Positions 51,807 through 64,000 of a stretch of 64,000 nt of DNA are shown one piece after another. The stretch covers positions 30,752,001 through 30,816,000 of the forward strand of contig NC_086374.1 in assembly GCF_036588685.1 (NCBI RefSeq), in the 5' to 3' direction. The DNA is from Mytilus trossulus (Eukaryota). The translations under genes were made by a program, and so were the position numbers. Each line of letters begins with the position of its first letter. Positions within the stretch are counted from its first letter, which is position 1. The notes below the pieces were generated by a model. It did no database searches. It saw only the letters and a program-made list of their open reading frames with translations, and had not been told where the DNA came from.

Positions 51807-54800
51807 ATGGAAAATACTAATTATATACAATTCTTAGCAATGCGTCTGCCACAAGATGTCAATAATATGGATGATACTATAGAAGTAATATCAACTCATT
51901 ATGAAATCATAGAAATTAAAAAGTTTCCTCCGCGGCAGCCAAGAAAATCTATCCTGGATGGCTTAAAAATAATTCAAGACGAAGCTACAAGAAAGAAACT
52001 TGTACGTGGTGTATTACTGATAGGGGGAATATTTATTTTTCTTAGTGGAGTTTTATTGATTGTATCATTTAGTATGTCAAAGAATATTGATGATATTGGT
52101 AAGCTTCATTTTCCGTTTCTGTATTTTTTCTTAATTATAACACATGCACCTTTATTTATTTAGTTAGTCTTCAAAAAGTTATATAACTGTCACATATCGT
52201 TAAGACATATAGACGAAACGTGCGTCTGGAGTACATTATTATACGCCTTTAATCTTTAATTAGTTTTTTGTAACACAATATTAAAAAAAATACTTTTTTT
52301 TCCAATTTTGTCTATTTGATACTCATTTTGATGATGCTCACTACATTTGTTAGAGTAAAAGATGTGTTACACTTAGTTGTGGGGGAAATGGAAATCGTAA
52401 CGAGGACATCAAAGGATTTACAATAGTTATCAAATGTACCAGGATTATAATTTAGTACGTGAGACGCGCGTTTCATCTAACTAAGACTCATCAGTGACGC
52501 GCTTATTAAAATATTTGTCAAGCCAAACAAGTACAAAGATGAAGAGCATTGAGGATCTTTGATTTACAAATCCCATGATAATAGAATTTTGTGTACCATC
52601 GATCATTCATTTAGAAATTTTGACTTATTAATCGGGAACGCACCAACATCTGAAAACTCTTTTTATATGAATCATTATCGTTATATATTTATTTTGCGTA
52701 AAAAAACATAATCCTCCCTATCATTTTTTTTAAAGAAGCATTTCAGCTTAGAATTGTATATACTGTACGTTTGATGTTTTTTTACCGAAAGCCTATGATT
52801 TATATCATATGTAACTTGGTATCGAGAGACAAAGGCTTACACAATCACAATACTTCAAAGGCATTTTAATGTAAAAGAATATTATCACGTTATACACAGA
52901 GAACACTATGTTTGCATTTAGGTTTTTTAAAATGTTTTTTTATAGAATAACACCAATAAGTTTTGTTCAAAGGCAAAATAAATGTTGGGTTGCAATACCG
53001 TAAAATTATTGAAAGGTTAAAGCTATCGTGGATCACTTAAAAAAAAATGTCGTTAACAGTCAAAAACCTTGTAAAATATTTAACTCATGGACACATCATG
53101 CTATTATCTACCAATTAAGGATGTATTCTTCTGACTTTTCAGTCTCGTTGAAATCTCGTTCTTGAACTATTTCCAAAACATGTGATACAAGTGGAAAATA
53201 TGAATTTCAAAAATATTATAATCAAACATAAATCTGTGAAAAAAATGTGTATTTACAATGAATGGTTTTTGAGTAATCCAGTTTTCAAATTTTACGACCA
53301 ATCAAGTCAGTATGTTTAGCCAAAATTTTGAGAAAATGGGTTAGGGTTACAAAAAATGATTTTACAAGAATCATGTACATCCCATATCATTTTGGTCTTT
53401 TCAAATTTCTTAGATATGTATTATTTCAATCATTTATAACAAAAAAAAATAAATAATATACATTTTGTTCTTAAAACTGAGAAAATTACAATACAAAGTT
53501 GGCAGCATGGTAAATTTATCACATAAAAGCGTCAAAATATGATAAAACTTTCTTATATTAACACCTACGTATTGGTTTTTTAAGTCAAATGTATTCATCT
53601 TTATAGAAAGTATGAAAACAAGTTTAATTGTGGAAATGTAATTTTTGTTCAAGATGATAGCCCCAAAAAGGTAAAAAAACGATGAAAATGTGAAAATCAT
53701 CAAAATTGGGCATTTTCAAAGAGCTATAATAGTAAAAAAAGGTGCACACCATATGATTTAGTCTTCATCAATTATTGTGTAACAGTCTTATAAACCCAAA
53801 AATTAACTGGTAACAAAACTTTGAATTTTTGAAAAAAAGACTTTTCTACCTCAGGAATAGATTACCTTAGCTGTATGTATCGAAATTTTTTAGGAACTTT
53901 TGATCCTCAATGCTCTTCAACTTCGTACTTAATTTGGCAATTTACACATTTTTTGATTCGAGCGTCACTGAAGAGTCGTTTGTAGACGAAACGCGCGTCT
54001 GGCGTAAAATAAAATTTTAATCTTGGTATTTATGATGCGTTGATTGCAACCACTAGGTCGTTGCCACTGCTGGTGGAGTTTTATTTCCCAGAGGGTATCA
54101 CCAGCCCAGTAGTCAGCACTTCTATGTTGGGGTGACTTGAGTTATCATTGATGCGTTCATAATTAAAAATTAACTGGTATTATTAAAAAAACTTTACATT
54201 TTTGAAAAACAACGGCTTTTCTACCTCAGGAATAGATAACCTTAGCTGTATTTGGCAACACTTTTAAGAAATTTTGGTCCTCAATGCTCTTCCACTTCGG
54301 ACTTTATTTGGCCTTTGAAACATTTTTTGATTCGAGCGTCACTTATGAGTCTTTTGTAGACGAAACGCGAGTCTGGCGTAATATAAAATTTTAATCTTGG
54401 TATCTATGATGAGTTTATTTACCTATGTGTGAAAAATAATAAAGGGTTCTTATCTATCCACCTCTCTTTTTGTTCTTACGTAACAAAGGGGCGGATAACA
54501 TTTTTTTTTTTTTTTAACAAGAACGGGAATAATCTATACTACCAATGGTTTATTTACACTTCAAACAGCAGTTGGGATGTTGGACGGGGAGTTATTTTTA
54601 AACAAAGCTCCAGTGTAAATTTTTGCACTGAAAGATTAATATTTACTCAGACAATGCAGCATCAACATTTTTACTAAAAAATATTGTCTACCATTATTCA
54701 TTTTCAAGCTAGTTGGCAATTTATTTATGTCAGGGCATTTTTCTACATTCTTTAATATAAGCTTGTTTTCACCTTCACATATAATCTTAACACGGTTTGG

Positions 54801-55543
54801 GATCTCTATTTCTGTGTCTTTGTTGCATTGTACTGATATGCATACACTGTTTACCTCTAACATGTGGTAATTTGTTTATGAGAAAATCAGTATAAATTTG
54901 TCATCAGGTAAGACTTGAATTTACGTGTGAATTGATCATGTTAACAACAACCTAACCTGAATTATAATTGAACAACCCTTATTTATACTTGGAAGAATAC
55001 TAAATAGAATATTCTCCCTTTGTTTCACCTATTGCTCCTTTTCCTACATCACTTCAAAAGGCGTAAACAATCGAATGGAAAATTAGTTTAGATAAATTAA
55101 CTTATGAATTGCGCCAACAGAGCCGTTTTATTATTGATAAACATATGCATCAATACGCAATGATCGTTTGAAGGGTATATTTTGATTTATCTTCATTCTA
55201 ATCGTGGATCTCATTGAGTGGCAAATGATTTTTAATGTCGATGGAAGTACAATTCAATCAATATTCATAACGTTTAAATGTTTACTTTATTTGAACTAGT
55301 CAATGAATAGAATTTCAAACTCTGAATTTTGAAATTCATAATATCTGAAAACGAAAATTTAAAAAGCACGCTTTTATTTTTTTTTTCATTTTCAAAGATA
55401 TTGATTTTGACATGCCAATGTTATTACGTGTGTTTTTGTTTTCTATTTCAGTTCGAAATTCAAACGAATTACTACGACATCAGAAGCAAATTCAAGAAAT
55501 ATCAGAACGAACAGAGATAATTTTAAATGCTACAATCGCTTGA
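51807..55543 (+). CDS. Uncharacterised 127-aa single-pass (probably type II) membrane protein: join(51807..52098,55452..55543)
   Basis: Acceptor tacag at 51802 then ATG; basic RKK precedes TM GVLLIGGIFIFLSGVLLIVSFSM; G|gtaagc joins tttcag|TT to give NIDDIVRNSNELLRHQKQIQE...NATIA*; AATAAA at 55628. Confidence 0.75.
52422..52557 (-). mobile_element. Retrozyme-like fragment with hammerhead (stem I disrupted)
   Basis: gagacgcgcgtttcatctaactaagactcatcagtgacgc. Confidence 0.65.
53813..54420 (+). mobile_element. Retrozyme-like tandem (~1.6 units, 374-nt period) with two hammerhead motifs
   Basis: Cleavage-site Cs at 53999 and 54373; the flanking ttttctacctcaggaataga..ttagctgta block is repeated; the second core is mutated (CTTATGA). 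Confidence 0.8.
53962..54005 (+). ncRNA. Minimal type-I hammerhead ribozyme, intact core (CUGAAGA variant)
   Basis: GCGTCA-CTGAAGA-GTC(GTTTGTA)GAC-GAAA-CGCGCG-TC-TGGCGT. Confidence 0.8.
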
Positions 55544-55862
55544 CAGAAACATAGTTCATATATTTATTCAGTCACGTTACAGCATAAACTTCATTCAACA
55601 CTTATCTTATTGCATTCCTTTCATAGAAATAAATGGTCCATTTATATCTGTTAATACAAAAAAAAAATGATTTCAAAACTAGTTATGTCAGAAACATGTT
55701 TGGGTTGCCGAAACATGAGTTTGGTACGTTTGGTCTTCAACAATTACTTTTTATAAACATTGTTGTCCCTGAAATATTTTAACTTTAAATGTTTCCTTTT
55801 ATATGTATATCTGAAAAATGATTTAATTTCAATGTTTTAGATCAATTTAATCTTTGTACATA

Positions 55863-57697
55863 CACACCTTGCCAAAAGTTAAGAAAAACCTGATGTTTTT
55901 TTTCAGAATTTTTGTTTACTGATAACATGATTTGAATATATATTATATGTGCTTTTATTAGATAACATACACAATTTTAATTGCCAAGGGAAAGTTTGGA
56001 CAGTTTTCATGCTTGATTTTTTTGTCAAATGGTTGAAAATTGCAACCAAAAAGTTTCAACTGATACTGAAGTTTTAGATAATTTTGTACTGCACTATACG
56101 CAATATTCTTTCCAAAATTCGAGAGTCACAATTTGTGAATAAATTCAAGTACACTAAAGGTCAGTAGCGAAAAGTTTTTCCACATTTCTTCTCATATTTT
56201 GAACTAAGCATTGTAATGTTCTAATAGGAGTTCTTTGCCTTTCTTCAAACAAGGCTGCTCGTAATTCATGAAATTTCGGACAAGATGGAACCGCGTTTTT
56301 GATTTTTAGACCATTATCATCCGAGTCATGCTCAATGTCATTCATATCCGGTGACATAGCTGGCCAAGGTGTAGGGTAAATTGCCTTCTGACGTAAATAA
56401 TCTGAAACAATGCCTACTATGTGTGACCAAACGCTGACGTCCATGAAAAGGGTCTAGTTACAAAATTTGTGATTGTCGAAATGTGGCACAACAATATCTG
56501 GCATGATGTAATCGTGATAATTGGCCCCTCAAAGTTCTTTCCAGAACATAAAGGACCTATTTGCAGTAGAATGAGAAGCATCCCAAAAAGAATCTATCCC
56601 ACCCCCTACCCCTCACCAAACGCTGTAGTTCCAAGGATGTGCTGGTCATTGTATGTTGTTCTCCGAGGACGTCATACATGTTTGCACCCATCAATATGAT
56701 GTAGAAGAAATCTGCTATCGTTAGACCAATGAACTCGATGCTGTCGTCTCAAAGTCCAAATGCGTTTATGACGTGACTACTGATGCCGAGCTTGACGATG
56801 CCTACGAGTCAGCAATGGTCTTTCAACCGGCCTCAGGCACTAAATGTGCACAATATTGGCTGCGATTTACAGTTCCAGTTTTCATGTAAGCGACAATCAG
56901 TCGTAAATGGATGTCGACGAGCTGACAATGAAAGAGCCAAGACATCTCTGTTTTACGTGGCCTACAAGAGCGTTCGCGCTGATCAACGGACTAAATACGT
57001 CTATGGCCTTCAGTGTATTTGATTCATTTCTGTGTTGGAATAACCTCAAAATAACACTATATAGTACTAAAATTGAACAGTATGTGCATATCAATGACTT
57101 ACCATGTCTGTGCAATGGACAACTTACGTTGCTTACTTTACTTTTAACTATTTACGTCTTGGTATCTTCCAACACAGAAATGAATCAAATACACTGACAA
57201 AACAGCCCAGGAAACACGAAACTTGAAAGAAAACAACCTTGTATTTTGCCATTTGATTAGGGACTTTCATTTCTGAATTTTTCTCGGAGTTCAGTATTTT
57301 TGTGATTTTGATTTTTTGTAAATATCTTAAGAAAACCCTGTTTTCTAAGATACATAGGAATGAAAGCTATACCTGAATGCTTATCTGTCGATTACATTAG
57401 ATTAACAAAATATCTTGAATCAAAGCAGTATCAAATTTGATAAAAAGCAAAAAAATAAAAGCGAAAACATTTTGCGAGGTTTATATTTCAAGGTTGCAAT
57501 TTGTATATACAGCTGTTTTCAGAATATTACTGCAGAAAAAAAAGTTTTTCTTACAAGTGTTGATTTCAACTGTTGCTGCCAAACGTGCGCGTTTATCTAA
57601 AAAAAATAATGTCAAACAATGGTTTGGCAACATGGTTGTCTAATAAACGATTGATTTTTTTGTTGTGATTTTACACCATTGTTAAATGCAAGGGGTG
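55863..57697 (-). mobile_element. Decayed Tc1/mariner transposon (transposase pseudogene ~57070..56154)
   Basis: HWSNDSRFLL (FSDESRF-like) and WPAMSPDMNDIEH motifs; ends TA|CACACCTTGC...GCAAGGGGTG|TA. Confidence 0.75.
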
Positions 57698-60510
57698 TAT
57701 GTTCCTGTCCCTAGATATGAGCATGTAATCCACGTAATCCAATGGTGTTCTTTGATTGCAGGGCTCCAATATTTCCATTGGTTGTTTTTTGTATCATTAA
57801 TGAGGCCATATATATCCTTTATGAAATCTTACAAACGCTAGTTTTGTTTGTTAAATGGATCCACATTTGTTCTCCGAATGTATCTAATAACTATATACAG
57901 TATGGCTTTAGCGCATAAAACTTTATATCGTTTTCCGTTTATCTTTGATGGATAGTTGTGCCACATGTGGAGCAGGATCTATTTACCCTTCCGGAGCACT
58001 TGATAACCCCCTAGTTTACAGAGTTCGTGTTGCTAGGTGTTGAGTTTTCTATGTTGTGTTTTTTGTGTACTATTGTTTGTCAGGTGTATTTTTTCTCGAT
58101 GTTTGAATATCCCTCTTGTATCTTTCGCCCAATCTTTAGTCTTATGGGCAATCCCTTTAACTCTCGTTATTTCCATGTTAAATATAAATAGAAGATATAT
58201 GAGACGAGCAAATTGAAATGAATAATAATTTCAATTTCACGATGTCTTAATTGTAATAAAGAATAATTTTAAATGCAAGAGTTTATCGTTCATTTTTATG
58301 CATGTATGTTGTTAAAAGAAGTTTGAAAATTCCTCAATGCTCAGAACAGATTTTGGAAATATAGCAGAGAATTGAGTTCAACTGATGATATGAGCCTTTT
58401 AACTTGCAGTTATGTGTTAGGTATGTTCCGTGTTTTGATGAGGAATACCAATTAAATCGTCTAACATTTACATTGGGTTTACCTAGTGCATATGATGGTG
58501 TTGTGTCACGCATCTATACATAATATACATCTAGTTTTTCCATCTTATATCCAATATTTTTTCCTCAACATGTTAACTTTAAATGTAATTATGAAAGATG
58601 CAACTCTACACATTTTATAAAGTAAAAATAATTGTGGATACATCCATCCTGTTTCGCAGCATTTATAAAGGAAATGTAACTCTAGATCAAACATATGTGT
58701 TTGTCTTATTCATACGAGGTTAAAAAGATAGATAATTATTTAATTCGTTCTTTAAAATTTCGTGTATTTGGTTTTTCCATCTGGTTATGTTAATGATGCC
58801 AAATCGGTTATTGTTGGTGAAGAATAATAAAATCCTTATAAACAAGAACCTGGCCACACATGATACAACAACAAATATACATGCAAACAATCAAATTAAG
58901 CATGACGTGAAAAAAAGTTGAAAACACATTTTAACAAAGGGGAAACAAAATACTTCACATATAGCACCCTTCATAGCCAAAAAAGAAACAAATCCAATGA
59001 AAGAACAGAAGAGCATATTAAAACTTTTTAAAGACACTCCAAATATTTACAGACTACCCTACAGTTCATTATTAGTTATCATGAAATTTGTATTTTTTTT
59101 AAGTTATGACACGTGACATTATCCAACTAATTAAACTGACTCTGACATACTTAACTACGACAGGAGGTCTCTGTGTTGTCTGAACCATTCACATGATTAA
59201 CGCGCGATGGGATAGAGGCAAAGTTGGATATCAATGTATCCTGCATACGTGTTTACGGATACAAACACAATGACGTCGAAGGGTATTGTTTGTTTAAAAA
59301 TAGATCCCTCATTTCATGGCAAAACATAGTGTTCTTTGTAAAACAATTATATTTGAGTTATGGGGATAAAGTTGTTTTTATGCTAATTGATTTTATTGAC
59401 AATTAATGACTGAATGGTTTAACTTCTTTTGCCTCAAATTGTAAATATGGAGTCATTCCTGTTTACTGCCGGGTAGGTTGCATTTTAATATATGCAATTT
59501 TTACAGGCGTAGCAGACGGGTTTGATTGTATGTATGAATAGAGAATGAATTCACTTGAAATAAAGGTTAATTGGTAATTTTTTCTTTTGAAAATGCCATA
59601 TTCAGTTTTATAGTTTGTATGACAAATTGTTTAACTGCTAAAAGTGGGATAATATCTTTGTTAGTTTACAAACAATTAATGTAGTTTTAATGAAACTATC
59701 TTGAAATTTTCTGAATTTGGCTTGCTATTTATCTTTGCACCATTTAAAAATAAAACAGTTTGGAAAACTTTGAATTGTTCACAAAATACAAAGATTTTCT
59801 ACCCTCGGAATAAATTATCTTCTCTGTATTTGACAAAGCATTGAAATATTTTGTAATGCTCTTCAGCTAAGTACGCCTTTTTGCCATTTAGCTTTTTTTT
59901 TTATATTCGAGCGTTACTAATTCACTATGAGTCTTTTGTAGACGAGTGCAAAGTCTGGTTCACAAAATAATTCATGATCCTGGTATCTGAGGTGGATTAT
60001 TATTCACAAACTTTCGCGGAAATGATATCGAAATATAAAACTTCATTAAATCAATTTCAAACTCATATTTCGTCTTAAATTATATTTTTCCTATCATAGA
60101 TTTATTGATTTTTCAATAAAGATGAATTTCCAACCCCTCAATTGGCTCTTTATCAATTATTACCTATAACTGATCCTAGGTGAGAATTTTTTAAAGGGAA
60201 TATTGATATGACATACCATTATCTTTGATTTTTTTGTTTACATTAAATCATGATTATGATTGTAAACTGAAATTAATATGTTGTACTTCAATGTATAGGA
60301 AAACAAACATGGAAATGAGAACAAATACAAATAGTTTCAAACGCTGTGAGAGTGTATGCATCGAGAAAGTAAGTCTTGTATAGTTTATACGCACCACTAG
60401 CATTACAGCTACCAAACAGTATTTGACAATTTATTCCAAAAGCCAGCAATATTTCAAAACCAGTTATTATAAAAGATACAGAATAGTGATCACACATGCA
60501 GACACTTATC

Positions 60511-62280
60511 ATATTTTTGTGCAAACTAAAGTACAAATTCGTTCTTATTGTTATTTGTAATTATATTCATTAATGTAATGTTTGAATAATAATGAAACGA
60601 AGAATCGTTATAAATTGTTTAATTAACTAATTAAATGTAAAATAGATTGTTCAAAAACATGTTTATATTTGAGGTAAATGCACAATTATTGATATTTTTA
60701 TTCAGAATATGACATATCCCAATACCAAAAAATCGTTAATAAATAACAAGTCAGCAATTACTTAATTTTGTAGAAATAATGTACCGTCAGTTAAAAGTTG
60801 AACAGACGGAGTGAGTAATAAACCATTATATGAATACAATGAAATTCTGGTAAACGTCATTTAGACATCATTTTAGTTCTAACGATATTAATGGCCGAAA
60901 AAAACATACATAAACGTAATCGATTCTTTAGTAGTGACAGCTGTCCTTTTCAACTTTTCAAATCTGGGTTTCTTCCTCGATATTGACACTAATGGACGAC
61001 CTCAAACTTGAATCTATGACAGACGTGATGATTTCAACTTTTCAAGTGTCAACTTCTAATGTCTAAGTAGTAACATCGCTCCATCGAATGGCATTTACAT
61101 AAATCAGTTTATACGTTATGATTTTTTTAAATTTTACGGACGCCATCACGAGTTGGTTGACCGTTATGGAATAACCGTTTCATAAACCGATACGTTGTGT
61201 CTGCGTCTTAACTAAAAAGCAAAATGTTTTCGCCATATTTGTTGCCAATAATATTGTCAAAAGAACGTATTCAATTGTGTTAATTTGAAAAAGTCCAACA
61301 GTTACATGCTTTTCTTATCAAATAAGGACGGTTATACAGATGGAACAATACATTATCACTGCATCACATTTTAAAACCATACGTTCAGTTGTTTCAAGAA
61401 TTGGGATTGGAAAGTATTATCACAACAATTTTTTTTTGAAACGCCTCTCCAACAATTTGAATCGACAACAAGCTATGATTAATGACATAATTTATGATAT
61501 ATATTTTTGTGCGAACTAAAGTCCAAATTTATTCTCAACGTTTCTTTTTTGTAATTCTTTTCATTAATATAAATGTTTGAATTATAATGAAACGATGAAT
61601 CGTTATACTTTGTTTAATCAACTAATTAAATGTTAAGCAGAGTGTTTAAAACATGTTTATATTTGAGGTAAATGCACAATTATTGATATTTTTATACAGA
61701 ATATAAAATATCTCAATACCAACGAATCGTTACTGAATAACACGTCAGCAATTACTCATTTTTATAGAAATGATGTACCGTCAGTTATGATATTAACAAA
61801 CGGAGTGATTATCAATTCATTAAATGAATAAAAGAAAATTCTGGTAAACGTCATTTAGACAGCATGATAACGATATGAATAGTCAAAAAAACATAAAAGT
61901 ATACGGGCTTTAATTATGACATGTGATTTTTATTTAGCTAATGTGGCTGAATATGGAAGACTTTAAAATCTTAATTTCTTCCTTGATATTGTCACTCATG
62001 GACGACTTCAAACGTGAATCTACAACAGACGTGATGATTTCTACTTTTCAGTGTCAGTTTCTAATTTCACAGTAGTACCATCGCTCCTTTAATTTGCGTT
62101 TTTATACATCAGTTTATACGTTATGCTCGTACATGTTCAGGCTATTCGGATTTTATTATCAGGGGTGTGATTCTAACACAAGAACTGTTCCGACAGTGTA
62201 TTGAGTATGATGACAGAAATCAACACGCGGTTAGTATTGATTTCACCATAACGAATTGGTTGACGATACGATACAATGTA
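60511..62280 (+). mobile_element. Tandemly duplicated (~990-bp period) decayed Penelope-like sequence
   Basis: 60511-61120 aligns with 61501-62125; both contain LDIxTxGRxQTxIYxRRDDF..QFIRY remnants. Confidence 0.7.
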
Positions 62281-63065
62281 ACGTCTAGTGAAAGGTTCTG
62301 CCGTTTTCTCCGTTCTTTTCCAGTAAATCTGCAAATGGTATGCCAAAATGTACTAGATTTTATAATTTATTTTGAGTATACCTTGTTATAATCTTACGAT
62401 TATTCTTAAGCTCACAACAACAACAAAACAGCTGCAACAGGGTTATGAAGAAAACTGCAGAAATCGCGTTACACTACATAATGTATGTTTTCAGCTTCAT
62501 TCCTTGAAATACAGTGGATCTTGGTTTCTAATCCTCACTTACACTTTGTGGCGTTCGAATAATTGTCCGTCTTGCAAGGATCACGCAATAATAATATAAA
62601 AGAATAAAAGATCTGATCCATACACAATGTACCGATATCGTTGTATCTTTGCCAATATTTTCCATGTGAAATTATAAAATTGTTTTGTGTAAACATTGAA
62701 CGACAAAACTTCTTCCTATGTGACGTATACATTTTCTGACGTCAGACACGCGAAGCAATGCATGTGTTTTTAGTTTGACAGATGCTTGTGGTTTTTTTTG
62801 TAAAATTGTTTGATTTAAGATTGAAAAACACAGTAAAGACTGCTGTATTCATATTGACTATTTTATGTTATTATGTCTGTTTTGTTCACTCATTGTTGTA
62901 AATATAACGGAATTTGATGAGACTGTTGTAAAAGTGAGATGTTTAACGCTATAAAACCAGGTTCAATCCACCATTTTCTGCATTTAAAAATGCCTGTACC
63001 AAGTCATAAATATGACAGTTGTTGTCCATTCGTTTGACGTGCGTTGTCATTTGATTTGGCCATGT

Positions 63066-63555
63066 ATGTATACTGTATGTACTTCGAGATTCCGCCAGTA
63101 TTAACGCACCCCTTGATTGACTGCAATGGTACAGCGGATCTATGTACACTCCCTAATGATTAATGGAGATGTGTCCTTTAAATTATTAATCCACCACCAG
63201 AACAATCCCCATCCCAACACTGCCCAAGGGAGCATGTAGGACACCGGGGAGTCTGTTATTATGGTCGAGGAAGCCGAAGAACTCGGAGAGAACCACCGGG
63301 CTTCTCGGCGGGAACAGACAACTCGAAGAGATTTCAGAAGATTGATCTGCAGGTCAAGCTGGGAACAACTTTGACCTACCGAGGCCACCGAAGTATCAAA
63401 GCTAGTTTAAACTCCGGTCTGGAAACCAGAGATGTGTGTGAGAAAGTGAAAATAACCCTTCTGGTGTACTGACATTTTTCGCATCCCGAGTGAGGATCGA
63501 ACTCGGGAGCTTTAGCACTGTAGCCAACGGTCTTAACAACTAGATCACGAACTCA
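63066..63555 (-). mobile_element. tRNA-derived SINE (V-domain-like body), with CATGT target-site duplication
   Basis: Minus strand A-box TGATCTAGTTGTT, B-box GAGTTCGATCC; body ggtggttctctccgagttcttcggcttcctcgacc; (ACAT)-like tail; catgt at 63061 and 63556 interrupts an older repeat. Confidence 0.75.
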
Positions 63556-63785
63556 CATGTGATTAGGGACTTTCCAATTGAATTTTCCTCGGAGTTCAGT
63601 ATTTTTGTAATTTTTTTCCCCATTAGAACGTTTATCAAAACTAATTCATTGTGGCATAATTTTAGCAAGGGAAAACAGACTACAAGACAAAAGACACAAA
63701 TGTTAACCTTGATATTTCCTTATATTTTTGTCATTGATATGTTAACCAAATCTTCTTATCTTATTAATATATATAGAATTAACAG

Positions 63786-63892
63786 TAGGTTCGTTTTTGA
63801 TACTGACTATATCATGTGGAATATCTAGACGAGCCCGTCAGGGCGAGTTAAGATATTCGACATGATATAGTCAGTATCAAAAACGAAACTAC
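63786..63892. repeat. ~105-bp near-perfect palindrome
   Basis: TTCGTTTTTGATACTGACTATATCATGT..GCCC(GTCA)GGGC..ACATGATATAGTCAGTATCAAAAACGAA. Confidence 0.85.
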
Positions 63893-64000
63893 CTATTATT
63901 CTGTTTATCGGTAATTATGACGTCACACAACGTATTGCCTAACATGTTCAGTGATACAGCCAGTACGTTGATACTCGAAAATATTAGGCAGTAAGATCTA

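Noticed and set aside
54636-55080. Minus-strand 75-aa ORF in the intron of the 127-aa gene
   Set aside because: No recognisable domain; upstream frame interrupted
58300-59480. Possible exons or promoter of a fourth gene (donor-like gtatgt 58421, gtaggt 59472)
   Set aside because: No consistent open frame or partner exons found
63470-63555. tRNA gene
   Set aside because: A/B boxes are present but the acceptor stem does not pair; it is the head of a SINE with a TSD

Overview
AT-rich, intron-rich animal genomic DNA, most likely a bivalve such as Mytilus (inferred from the HSPA12 gene type and the repeat content). All gene models were built by hand from GT/AG sites and phase continuity, and none has transcript support. 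There are three spliced + strand genes. (1) A 10-coding-exon gene (4969-25211, 710 aa) in which an N-terminal pleckstrin-homology (PH) domain, encoded by four small exons the ORF track misses, is spliced in frame to a full HSPA12-type atypical Hsp70. (2) A 9-exon type-I membrane protein (33315-47759, ~463 aa): signal peptide, degenerate C-type-lectin-like module, C-type lectin domain, PAN/apple domain, TM helix and a Tyr-motif tail. (3) A 2-exon 127-aa single-pass membrane protein (51807-55543). Introns and intergenic DNA contain Penelope-like RT remnants, many ~365-375-nt retrozyme-like units carrying minimal type-I hammerhead ribozymes (three with intact cores), MITEs, HINE/Helentron-type elements, a decayed Tc1 element, a tRNA-derived SINE, and several long palindromes that share tandem GA/GA mismatches.
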